The notes: generated by a model from the letters alone, not told the origin. Shown: positions 1-11,200, counted from the stretch's first letter. The stretch is 23,386 bases of DNA from Tubiluchus corallicola (GCA_030141605.1 JAQGDQ010001852.1:1-23386), one strand, 5' to 3'. Numbers and translations are program-made.

Positions 1-608
1 TCTCAAATATGAAGTTCATTTTGGACGTTGAATTTTCATTTTGCTTACGTCATGCACAATTTACGATTTTTTTTGTTTTGAATTTTGATTAGTCAAATAA
101 AACCTCGTTCCAGGATGATTAAACAAATTCGTTTATATCATCATGTAAATCGATATTGTAATTAAATGCAAAACAAAGTGTTGCTTGGTTTTTGTAAAGT
201 TCCTTCATACTTTCACGCTGAAATAGTTTGTATTTATTTTTTGCACTTAACTTGTCTTGTACTTTCATAAGTGAAAAAGTCGTTATTCAGGATACAGAGG
301 GTTCAGGCTAGTGAGTTTTCATGCCAAGTAACTCGTCAAGTAACTCACAGTAACTGTCGCAGAGTTTGCAATAACTTGCCGACAGTAACTCACACAGTAG
401 TTCACACGCTTGCGAGTTTGCTGTTAGAAAGAAAGGCTAGTCTAAACGCGTCGTAAATACGCCAAGTAAATAAATTTCATTTCTAGACAAATTTATTTTC
501 CATCACACACAGACAATAATCAAAAACAAGTGTTGATATAAAAATCATGTACTATAAAACAATCATTAAATCTGCATGTACTTGTGTAAACAACCAACCA
601 AACCAAAT

Positions 609-862
609 GCATGTACTTGTGCGTTTTATATTGTACTAACCATGTACCATGAATTTTGTACTTTCAATGTATTTGCATGTACTTGTGCGTTTTATATTGT
701 ACTAACCATGTACCATGAATTTTGTACTTTCAATGTATTTGCATGTACTTGTGCGTTTTATATTGTACTAACCATGTACCATGAATTTTGTACTTTCAAT
801 GTATTTGCATGTACTTGTGCGTTTTATATTGTACTAACCATGTACCATGAATTTTGTACTTT
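609..862. repeat. 66-bp minisatellite, ~4 units
   Basis: Unit GCATGTACTTGTGCGTTTTATATTGTACTAACCATGTACCATGAATTTTGTACTTTCAATGTATTT starting at 609, 675, 741, 807. Confidence 0.95.
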
Positions 863-1162
863 TAGCTGTAATTTCACTTTCTATACACTGCCGATACATT
901 TAACGATGTTTTTAAAGGACATAAAAGTTTCATGACTTCAGTTCATAGTTCAGTTCATAGTTGTATTATCAATAAAAAAATAAAAATAAAATAAAATAGA
1001 TATCTTTATGTTTCTTTGTTAAAGTAAATGAAATTCTTGTAACTATATTTTGTAAAATGTGTAATTGTACTTGTAATATTATAATCACATCATAATTTAT
1101 TTCACTTGCAATTTATTCATTTTAGTTAATTTTCGCTTCCTACAAAATTATGAATTTTTCAG

Positions 1163-1268
1163 GTTCTGACAGTTGTGTTGGCATTTGCGACCAGTGATGG
1201 TCAACACTCGGCCAATTTAGGAAATCTTGCTTCGAACGTTCGCAAAGCTGAGAAGGCTTTAGAAAACG
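1163..1268 (+). pseudogene. Duplicated orphan copy of exon 2 of the pentraxin-like gene
   Basis: Identical to 9804-9909 with intact splice sites, but no local exon 3 follows. Confidence 0.8.
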
Positions 1269-1807
1269 GTAAGAAAAAATATCTTAATTAGCCAAGCCCT
1301 AATCGATTAGAGACAGGGAGAGAGGGAGGGAGATGCCTACTCCCCCCTCCCCCCTCCCCCCATGAAGCATTTCCTCCAATATTAGAAAGAAATTTATGTG
1401 CTAACTGACTAAAATAGAAGATATTATTTCGCAGTAAACGACTTGTATTGCACGCTTCTGCTAAACAGTGGTATAACAATTCTAATGACTCCAGTTCGGG
1501 CGAGCCATTAGTCAAAGGGTTGTCTGTTGTACAAGAGCACCCTACGACCTGTGGAGAGACAGTTGGGTGAATAGTGGGTCCATGTGTTGAGATTTCCCTA
1601 AATCATCAAAGGTGAATTACATCCTGCGATGCTTCATAAGTGTAATAATTAGAGCCTTCAAGTCTGCCATAATTAGGCTTCCCAGACGTACGCCTAGGCG
1701 TATAATTGCTTTATTAAAGGTGGGTTGGATAGGTACTGGACAGCCCTGTGGAATGTACCCCACCTGCATCAAAAATAGTGCATGGAATAAGATGTTGTGA
1801 GGATTAA

Positions 1808-2398
1808 AGGAAGACAGGATGATTTTTCATATACAACCCCATTTTCAAGTCCGATAAAAAGTTTAGATTTTAACACAATTAATACTGCAAAAGAGTTTCT
1901 GATAATTAAATAGTAGATTGAAATCTTACTTAACGACGAGAGAGCCAGCTAATGACGTCACAAACGAACATAATTTTTAAAACCATAAACATTCCACGAG
2001 CGCATTGCACTTGTTTGCGAAAGTGAAAATTGAAGTACAGTGCTACTGCACAACATTCAGTCTGATTTACAAAAACTAGGTAAGTTTTAAGATAAAAATT
2101 CAAATTTCAAATTTACCACTGTACTCACGCACGAGTTCTCGAACGTGTGTAGTTCGTCACAAACTAACACATCTGAACTTGAAGGTACAGCACCCGTTTT
2201 TTGTGCAATGCTTTTCCGACATGCAGGCGCTAGTGCCCATCTAACTAACGAATGGCGAAATACGTGTACCAGTGAAGAACTAGTGGCAATGAACGTGAAA
2301 TTGTGTATATAACTTAACAACTCTTTTGCGTATGTCATTCTTGAAAAAATAGTACGTTTCATTTCAATATTTTAAAGAGTAGTTTGTTTTGACCTGCA
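1808..2398. mobile_element. Same MITE, truncated 25 bp short of its right end by the rearrangement junction
   Basis: Identical to 10449-11039. Confidence 0.6.
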
Positions 2399-4231
2399 TT
2401 ACCGTATTAATAAGTTGATTTTTACCTTTCTGAATTTACTGCTGAATAGAGTAGTCTATTCGTTAGTTGACGTGCTATATGTATGTATATATATATATAT
2501 GTATATATGTATATTTTCTTTCTTTTCTTGAACGGGGAGAGGCTCATTTTTTTCACGCGTTTACAAGCCTGTAGGCATTAGCGGTATTTAGTAATTTACT
2601 CTTGTAAAAACGTCCAAGGAAAATAAGACTATAGAGACTTGTATATTACGAGCACGTATAATTTGACATAGTAAAATACTGACTCGCTTTCAACATTGTT
2701 GTCAATACCGGTATTTAGTAATTTACTCTTGTAAAAACGTTCAAGGAAGATAAGACTATAGAGACTTGTATATTACGAGCACGTATAATTTGACATAGTA
2801 AAATACTGACTCGCTTTCAACATTGTTGTCATTAACGGTATTTAGCAATGGAGTTCATATAAAACTTTTACTCTAATATTTACGTGTTTCTGCTTCGCCA
2901 AACTACCTGTCAGTTGGTCTAAATATTTAAAGGAAAAGTCAAGTCACTCGGAATTTTGAACTTATCTTCATATGTTAGAAAATTTCAGCAATAAAATTTT
3001 GATAAGCATCTCGGTTAATTAGTAAAATCAATTTAAAGTCGTGATTCTTTACGCTTGGGGGCGTTGATTTTAGATAAAAAACTACGTCATCATGTTTCCA
3101 TGTAATTTTAACCCACCAGGTGCTTCAGAATCTTTTTTGCAGAATGCAGAGCGTATTCTGTAAACTAAGTAATCAGCCCGGTACCAACTATGTGCTGGCA
3201 AGTTTACATGCGCATCTAAAAGTCTACAAAACTCTGTAAATTAATTATTTACACAATTAATGTTAATTACTTACAAATTTTCAAGTGTAGTCCTGTAGAT
3301 TAAAGCAATGTAACCACTTTAAATTTGATCATAATAGATCGAATTACTAATTTCTGGATAAATACAGTTAAACACAACATTAGAATAACTAAACTTCTGA
3401 GCAAACTGTAGAAATTTCTCAACGCTAACCTCCATCACAGCATGCCTTCAGGACATACACCCTGCACAGAAGATACCAGCTTTTACTATTTTTTTCAAAT
3501 ATGAGGGCAACATCGTTGTACTGATGGAGATAAACCATCTATGCACGTATGTCGTATTGTGTTTTCAATTTATTATTACACAAAAACAAAAACAACCCCA
3601 AACAGGATTACATTTATTATTCGTTAGGTACCTCTTATTCACAATCCATTCATCATCTTATGTGTAATAGCGTTGTTTGTCCTTCTGTTCTTCTAATAAG
3701 TTACTTGCAGTATATATGGCTGATGAGGATTTATCAGTTTGGCCTAGACCCACCTCCAAGTGCTGCAAATACGGCTACGGTAACGGCAGTGATCAGTTCA
3801 GTCTAAAGATTCACCTCCAGTATAAATTTTTATACTGTACTTATGTAATTAATTAAAACTTCCTTGTTTTTAATTGTAAATTCATTTTCTTGCAACAATA
3901 AACGAATATTAAAGCATTTCTCAATGACAACAAATGATTTGTGATTACCTTTCTTTTAGTAGTATGTTAATCATATAATTATAAGTAGTAATTGTGAATA
4001 AGTATAAAATCTACGAAAAACAAGCGACGATAATTAGACGAGCGCCATCTAGGCATTACAAAATGAAGTTTTCGTGTTAAAACTTTACCAGAAGTTCCAT
4101 CATTAGTCCAGCTTTAACAAAAACAAAATCTTTTTTATGTTTGTGAAAACATGTACAATGCATCCAAGAGAAATTGTGCAAACCAATAAGCCACTACAGC
4201 CTCTAACTATACACACCTGTTTTTTGTGCAA
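2394..4231 (-). repeat. Long inverted repeat, left arm (2394-3390 near-perfect; 3391-4231 diverged)
   Basis: Reverse complement of 6069-8022. The outer ~1 kb differs only by one TA unit as far as I can see; the inner part has many substitutions and indels. Confidence 0.95.
2582..2849. repeat. 127-bp tandem duplication (mirrored at about 7565-7832)
   Basis: CGGTATTTAG restarts at 2582, 2709 and 2836. Confidence 0.92.
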
Positions 4232-4414
4232 CCAGAACTAGACAATTGCGAAATGCATGTAACACAAAACATGACCGAACTTGAAATTGTATTTTGAAAA
4301 CCACAACAAAAAAAAAAACCCCCAAAAAAAAATTGTCCAGACCCACATTTAAATTATATCATTCAGTTTAACTAAATGAAAACTGGACATTGAACAAATC
4401 CACTTTAATCACTT

Positions 4415-4693
4415 TCACCCATCCTTAAGTTGTATAATCTCAGTTTTTAATTCTGTAATATTAGTTGACAGATCAGTATTATTACCTTTTAGTTCCTTTA
4501 GTTCAGCCCTCTTCGATTTTATTTCTTTACTTAATGAGTCAATACATTTGTTTAGATTCCTCCACATTACAGAGGTAATACTGAAGTTTTCTATCTGGCT
4601 TGCACAACGGTCGCATACTATATCACCATTTTCCCGCAGGCTGACAGGATTTTGAGTTTTCTTGCATGATTGACAAGATTTCCTAGCTGACAT
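4415..4693 (-). mobile_element. Probable degenerate ORF1 fragment of a non-LTR retrotransposon (Cys-rich Zn-binding motif + coiled coil)
   Basis: CQSC..CDRC followed by heptad-like IDSLSKEIKSKRAELKELK..LKTEIIQLK; truncated, no ORF2 seen. Confidence 0.45.
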
Positions 4694-5337
4694 ATTTGCA
4701 AGGTTGTTAAGTCACAATGCAAGCTATCACACAGCCGGCCTACTAACCTGCACTGCTACAAAAGGTTCAAGTTTTGTACATTAGAGTGATTAATAATTAC
4801 TCTAGCGTCGTTGTCTTACAACTTTTCCAGTTAGCAGATAGAAATCTATTACAAAGAAACTATATAGTTATCATACGTTTTTTATAGTTATCATCATAAA
4901 GTCTCATCACTACCGCTGCATGCAGCACACATTACCGAACACGCTGCTATTTGTTTCATCGACCTCACGAACTTTTACACGTTTAAACTTCACTTAAATT
5001 GCGGAGCTGAAAAAATACGTCAACTCACTGCAACAACCTGTTTAAGAAAAGTGAAGATAGCTCTTCAACAAGCCATAGAACCAGCTAAAAAACCTGCAGG
5101 AGGACAAATGTTAACGTATTTAGATTTTGCACAGAAAGATTTAAACACTTCAGCATTGATCCTTAGAAATAAATGCACTTGGGGCATTGCAGCGTGTATG
5201 GAGTCCTGGCATGGGGAGGTGAGCAGAATCATGTCCCTGGACGTGTGATTCATTAGATGATTTTATACAGCACACTTGAATATATTGCTTCTCCAGTGGT
5301 AATTATGTTAAATTGCCAAGAATTTTCGGATGTTTAA

Positions 5338-5851
5338 AGGAAAACCGGATGTAAACTTTAGTTTAGAATAAAGAATGCTCTAAAAATTGAAAACTACAAT
5401 AGTTTATTTTAAATCAAAGCTTGGATTAAATAATAATTACCTCGGATACTCAAATTTCGTTAAAATTTCAAAGCTATGCTCGACTCAGTGAATCTACTAA
5501 GATTAGCAGCGGCGCCTTTTTGGAACGTGCGCGTCGCCGACAAATAGAAGGCGGTACAGTGATAACCATGATCATGAAGTGCAGTGTTAGTTTCTGACGT
5601 CATATGATGTAAAGCCCATTTTCGTGACGTCATGCGTTTAAGCAGTAACACTTACGCAAACGTGTTTGACGCGCAAGGGAAGATGCCTGTTATTGCACAA
5701 ACTGTGGCTAGTTTCTGACGTAGGTTGTGTTCGGTTGCCGTTAATTAACTTTCTAAGCTAACTATTCAAATATAAGAAACGTATATATAAATGTATATTT
5801 TGAACAGTAAATTAAAATGAGATTGAGTTTAAACAGTCGTCCGGTTTTCCT
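5338..5851. mobile_element. Non-autonomous DNA transposon (MITE), Kolobok-like, TTAA TSD
   Basis: TTAA|AGGAAAACCGGATG ... CGTCCGGTTTTCCT|TTAA; purine-starting TIR plus TTAA fits Kolobok rather than piggyBac. Confidence 0.8.
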
Positions 5852-5860
5852 TTAAGTTAA

Positions 5861-6094
5861 ACCAAACCCGGACCCAATCTTAAGCTCAAAACAATCTACT
5901 CTTTAAAATATTGAAAGGGAACATACTATTTTTTCAAGAATGACTTACGTGAAAGAATTATTATCACACAAATACAATTTCACGTTTGCGCCACTAGTTC
6001 TTCGCTGTTATATGCATTTCGCCATTCTCTAGTTACACGGGCACTAGCAACTGCATTTGGGAAACGAATTGCACAAAAAACAGGTGCTGTACCT
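5861..6094 (-). mobile_element. Inverted terminal fragment of the same MITE family
   Basis: TTAA|ACCAAACCCGGACCC..CTACTCTTTAAAATATTGAAA..GCACAAAAAACAGGTGCTGTACC is the reverse complement of about 10825-11064 (diverged). Confidence 0.75.
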
Positions 6095-8022
6095 AGTTAG
6101 ACAGGCTGTAAGGCTTTATACTGGCTTGCACAATTTCTCTTGGATGTATTGTACATGTTTTCAAAAACATAAAAAAAGATCGTTTTTGTTAAAGCTGGAC
6201 TAATGATGGAGCTTCTGGTGAAGTTTTAAACATGAAAACTTCGTTTTGTAACGCCTAGATGGCGCTCGTCTAATTATCGTGGCTTGTTTTTCGTAGATTT
6301 GATACTTATTCAAAATTACTACTTATAAATATAAGATTAACTTACTGCTAAAAGAAAGATAATCACAAATCATTTGTTATCATTGGAAAATGCTTTAATA
6401 TTCGTTTATTGTTGCAAGAAAATGAATTTATAATTAAAAACAAATGAGGTTTTAATTAATCACATAAGTACAGTATAAAAATTTATACTGGAGGTGAAAC
6501 TTTAGACTGAACTGATCACTGCCGTTACCGTAGCCGTATTTGCAGCACGTGGAGGTGGGTCTTTGGGACAAACTGATAAATCCTCATCAGCCATATATAC
6601 TGCAATTAACTTATTAGAAGAACAGAAGGACAAACAACGCTATTACACATAAGATGATGAATGGATTGTGAATAAGAGGTACCTAAAGAAATAATAAATG
6701 TAATCTCTAAAAGAAACCTGCATAAATCAGGTTCGAATCACCTACTAAAAACTGATTAGAGTTGACTTTACTGCAAATCTTTTAAAGGAAGAACCAGCCT
6801 TGAACAACATTTATTGCATTTTAATGTAGAAATAAAAACATTGAAAACACAATACGACATACATGCATAGATGGTTTATCTCCATCAGTACAACGATGCT
6901 GCCCGCATATTTGAAAAAAATAAAGTAAAAGCTGATCTCTTCTGTGCAGGCTAGTATCTCCCCTGAAGGCAAACTGTGATGGAGGTTAGCGTTGAGAAAT
7001 TTCTACACTTCACTCAGAAGTTCAGTTATTCTAATGTTGTGTTTAACTGTATTTATCCAGAAATTAGTAATTCGATCTATTATGATCAAATTTAAAGTGG
7101 TTACATTGCTTTAATCTACAGGACTACACTTGAAAATTTGTAAGTAATTAACATTAATTGTGTAAATAATTAATTTACAGAGTTTTGTAGACTTTTAGAT
7201 GCGCATGTAAACTTGCCAGCACATAGTTGGTACCGGGCTGATTACTTAGTTTACAGAATACGCTCTGCATTCTGCAAAAAAGATTCTGAAGCACCTGGTG
7301 GGTTAAAATTACATGGAAACATGATGACGTAGTTTTTTATCTAAAATCAACGCCCCCAAGCGTAAAGAATCACGACTTTAAATTGATTTTACTAATTAAC
7401 CGAGATGCTTATCAAAATTTTATTGCTGAAATTTTCTAACATATGAAGATAAGTTCAAAATTCCGAGTGACTTGACTTTTCCTTTAAATATTTAGACCAA
7501 CTGACAGGTAGTTTGGCGAAGCAGAAACACGTAAATATTAGAGTAAAAGTTTTATATGAACTCCATTGCTAAATACCGTTAATGACAACAATGTTGAAAG
7601 CGAGTCAGTATTTTACTATGTCAAATTATACGTGCTCGTAATATACAAGTCTCTATAGTCTTATCTTCCTTGAACGTTTTTACAAGAGTAAATTACTAAA
7701 TACCGGTATTGACAACAATGTTGAAAGCGAGTCAGTATTTTACTATGTCAAATTATACGTGCTCGTAATATACAAGTCTCTATAGTCTTATTTTCCTTGG
7801 ACGTTTTTACAAGAGTAAATTACTAAATACCGCTAATGCCTACAGGCTTGTAAACGCGTGAAAAAAATGAGCCTCTCCCCGTTCAAGAAAAGAAAGAAAA
7901 TATACATATATACATATATATATATATATACATACATATAGCACGTCAACTAACGAATAGACTACTCTATTCAGCAGTAAATTCAGAAAGGTAAAAATCA
8001 ACTTATTAATACGGTAATGCAG
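6069..8022 (+). repeat. Long inverted repeat, right arm
   Basis: Reverse complement of 2394-4231; carries ~120 bp (about 6707-6823) absent from the left arm. Confidence 0.95.
6786..7483. mobile_element. Possible further TTAA-flanked MITE inside the inverted-repeat arm
   Basis: TTAA|AGGAAGAACC ... GACTTTTCCT|TTAA; TIR match is short and imperfect. Confidence 0.33.
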
Positions 8023-8152
8023 TCAAGACACGTTTCTCTTGAACAATTATCAAACAAATCGGACTAATGCCATAATAAAAAGATAAACTCTTTTGCCACC
8101 TCTTTTGGACTTAGTAGGACGATCATTTGGGTCACTAAGCACTGAAATTGGC

Positions 8153-8183
8153 TATTTAAGCGGTGCTGCTCCAATATTTAGTT
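8153..8183 (+). promoter_or_regulatory. Candidate core promoter (TATTTAA TATA-like box + TTAGTT initiator-like motif)
   Basis: TATTTAA at 8153 and TTAGTT with A at 8180 (27 nt spacing), about 60 nt before the ATG. Weak evidence in AT-rich DNA. Confidence 0.4.
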
Positions 8184-8241
8184 ACCATTTGAGCAACGTA
8201 CACGTTTGTCTTAAAATATTTGTCAACAGTTTTATGAAAGA

Positions 8242-8274
8242 ATGGAGAACGGAGGAATAATGAGAGCGATATTA
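8242..8274 (+). CDS. Pentraxin-like gene coding exon 1 ([11 protein letters not shown]; alternative start ATG at 8260)
   Basis: ATG GAG..TTA followed by GTAAGT donor at 8275; the phase-0 join to exon 2 completes a hydrophobic signal peptide. Confidence 0.72.
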
Positions 8275-11200
8275 GTAAGTACAATCTATTTTATGTAAAA
8301 TTAGTACAACAAGTAAAAAAATTCTTTATGTAAAAAACACTTGTTTTTTGCATTTTGCACAGTGAATTTGTTGTTTCTTCACTCATTCAATCATTCATCG
8401 TGCAGTTTTTTTCCTTCTCTTCTCTTTTTCATTTTCAGTCATTTTAAACTGTTTATTTCTATATTTGGACTAATATAATTTATGCTTAGTTAATCGGTCA
8501 CCTTAAAGTCAATTTAGAATTTGTATAAAAGCAAATTTCGTGGGTGTGACAGGTTGATTCGTTATTAATTTGCAAACTTTGTTCTTAATTAAAATTCACA
8601 GATTAAATGATCTCAAATATGAAGTTCATTTTGGACGTTGAATTTTCATTTTGCTTACGTCATGCACAATTTACGATTTTTTTTGTTTTGAATTTTGATT
8701 AGTCAAATAAAACCTCGTTCCAGGATGATTAAACAAATTCGTTTATATCATCATGTAAATCGATATTGTAATTAAATGCAAAACAAAGTGTTGCTTGGTT
8801 TTTGTAAAGTTCCTTCATACTTTCACGCTGAAATAGTTTGTATTTATTTTTTGCACTTAACTTGTCTTGTACTTTCATAAGTGAAAAAGTCGTTATTCAG
8901 GATACAGAGGGTTCAGGCTAGTGAGTTTTCATGCCAAGTAACTCGTCAAGTAACTCACAGTAAGTGTTGCAGAGTTTGCAATAACTTGCCGACAGTAACT
9001 CACACAGTAGTTCACACGCTTGCGAGTTTGCTGTTAGAAAGAAAGGCTAGTCTGAACGCGTCGTAAATACGCCAAGTAAATAAATTTCATTTCTAGACAA
9101 ATTTATTTTCCATCACACACAGGCAATAATCAAAAACGAGTGTTGATATAAAAATCATGTACTATAAAACAATCATTAAATCTGCATGTACTTGTGTGTT
9201 TTATATTGTACTAACCATGTACCTTGAATTTTGTACTTTCAATGTATTTGCATGTACTTGTGCGTTTTATATTGTACTAACCATGTACCTTGAATTTTGT
9301 ACTTTCAATGTATTTGCATGTACTTGTGCGTTTTATATTGTACTAACCATGTACCATGAATTTTGTACTTTCAATGTATTTGCATGTACTTGTGCGTTTT
9401 ATATTGTACTAACCATGTACCATGAATTTTGTACTTTCAATGTATTTGCATGTACTTGTGCGTTTTATATTGTACTAACCATGTACCATGAATTTTGTAC
9501 TTTTAGCTGTAATTTCACTTTCTATACACTGCCGATACATTTAACGATGTTTTTAAAGGACATAAAAGTTTCATGACTTCAGTTCATAGTTCAGTTCATA
9601 GTTGTATTATCAATAAAAAAATAAAAATAAAATAAAATAGATATCTTTATGTTTCTTTGTTAAAGTAAATGAAATTCTTGTAACTATATTTTGTAAAATG
9701 TGTAATTGTACTTGTAATATTATAATCACATCATAATTTATTTCACTTGCAATTTATTCATTTTAGTTAATTTTCGCTTCCTACAAAATTATGAATTTTT
9801 CAGGTTCTGACAGTTGTGTTGGCATTTGCGACCAGTGATGGTCAACACTCGGCCAATTTAGGAAATCTTGCTTCGAACGTTCGCAAAGCTGAGAAGGCTT
9901 TAGAAAACGGTAAGAAAAAATATCTTAATGAGCCAGGCCCTAATCGATTAGAGACAGGGAGAGAGGGAGGGAGATACCTACTCCCCCCTCCCCCCTCCCC
10001 CCATGAAGCATTTCCTCCAATATTAGAAAGAAATTTATGTGCTAACTGACTAAAATAGAAGATATGATTTCGCAGTAAACGACTTGTATTGCACGCTTCT
10101 GCTAAACAGTGGTATAACAATTCTAATGACTCCAGTTCGGGCGAGCCATTAGTCAAAGGGTTGTCTGTTGTACAAGAGCACCGTACGACCTGTGGAGAGA
10201 CAGTTGGGTGAATAGTGGGTCCATGTGTTGAGATTTCCCTAAATCATCAAAGGTGAATTACATCCTGCGATGCTTCATAAGTGTAATAATTAGAGCCTTC
10301 AAGTCTGCCATAATTAGGCTTCCCAGACGTACGCCTAGGCGTATAATTGCTTTATTAAAGGTGGGTTGGATAGGTACTGGACAGCCCTGTGGAATGTACC
10401 CCACCTGCATCAAAAATAGTGCATGGAATAAGATGTTGTGAGGATTAAAGGAAGACAGGATGATTTTTCATATACAACCCCATTTTCAAGTCCGATAAAA
10501 AGTTTAGATTTTAACACAATTAATACTGCAAAAGAGTTTCTGATAATTAAATAGTAGATTGAAATCTTACTTAACGACGAGAGAGCCAGCTAATGACGTC
10601 ACAAACGAACATAATTTTTAAAACCATAAACATTCCACGAGCGCATTGCACTTGTTTGCGAAAGTGAAAATTGAAGTACAGTGCTACTGCACAACATTCA
10701 GTCTGATTTACAAAAACTAGGTAAGTTTTAAGATAAAAATTCAAATTTCAAATTTACCACTGTACTCACGCACGAGTTCTCGAACGTGTGTAGTTCGTCA
10801 CAAACTAACACATCTGAACTTGAAGGTACAGCACCCGTTTTTTGTGCAATGCTTTTCCGACATGCAGGCGCTAGTGCCCATCTAACTAACGAATGGCGAA
10901 ATACGTGTACCAGTGAAGAACTAGTGGCAATGAACGTGAAATTGTGTATATAACTTAACAACTCTTTTGCGTATGTCATTCTTGAAAAAATAGTACGTTT
11001 CATTTCAATATTTTAAAGAGTAGTTTGTTTTGACCTGCAGTTTAAGACTGGGTCCGGTTTTGCTGTAAGCAATGTAGCTTAGACATTGGTTTTTCTATGC
11101 TAAGTTTGAGAGTTCACTGATCAAGCTTTTGCAAAAGATGCCTATTAAAATTTTTACATATTTTCTAATATATAATCTACATTGATCCGAATATGTAAAC

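Larger units (their letters stand above)
1..2398 (+). repeat. Direct segmental duplication, copy A (matches 8611-11039); probably extends left of the window
   Basis: Base-by-base match at offset 8610, then 8641; about 11 substitutions and one indel seen; ends at CTGCA. Confidence 0.97.
8611..11039 (+). repeat. Direct segmental duplication, copy B (ancestral context; intron 1/exon 2/intron 2)
   Basis: Matches 1-2398; continues uninterrupted into the MITE terminus (..GGGTCCGGTTTTGCT) and on to exon 3. Confidence 0.97.

Noticed and set aside
576-935. Cys-rich repeat protein ORFs (also 9157-9576), or a CRISPR array
   Set aside because: Translation of an intronic 66-bp minisatellite; no unique spacers and no cas genes; eukaryotic context.
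1689-1702. Perfect 14-bp palindrome TACGCCTAGGCGTA in a GC-richer intronic block
   Set aside because: Isolated; the surrounding block may be an old repeat, but I cannot assign a family.
3720-3740. CTGATGAG as a hammerhead core or C/D snoRNA box C
   Set aside because: No suitably placed GAAA box with stem II and no box D with terminal stem.
6728-6743. GGTTCGAATC pol III B-box / tRNA
   Set aside because: No A-box or cloverleaf can be built around it.
2394-8022. A single giant foldback/TIR transposon
   Set aside because: No target-site duplication, no transposase, an abrupt two-tier arm identity and a microhomology junction fit template switching better.
9816-10049. 77-aa standalone ORF
   Set aside because: It is exon 2 read through into intron 2.
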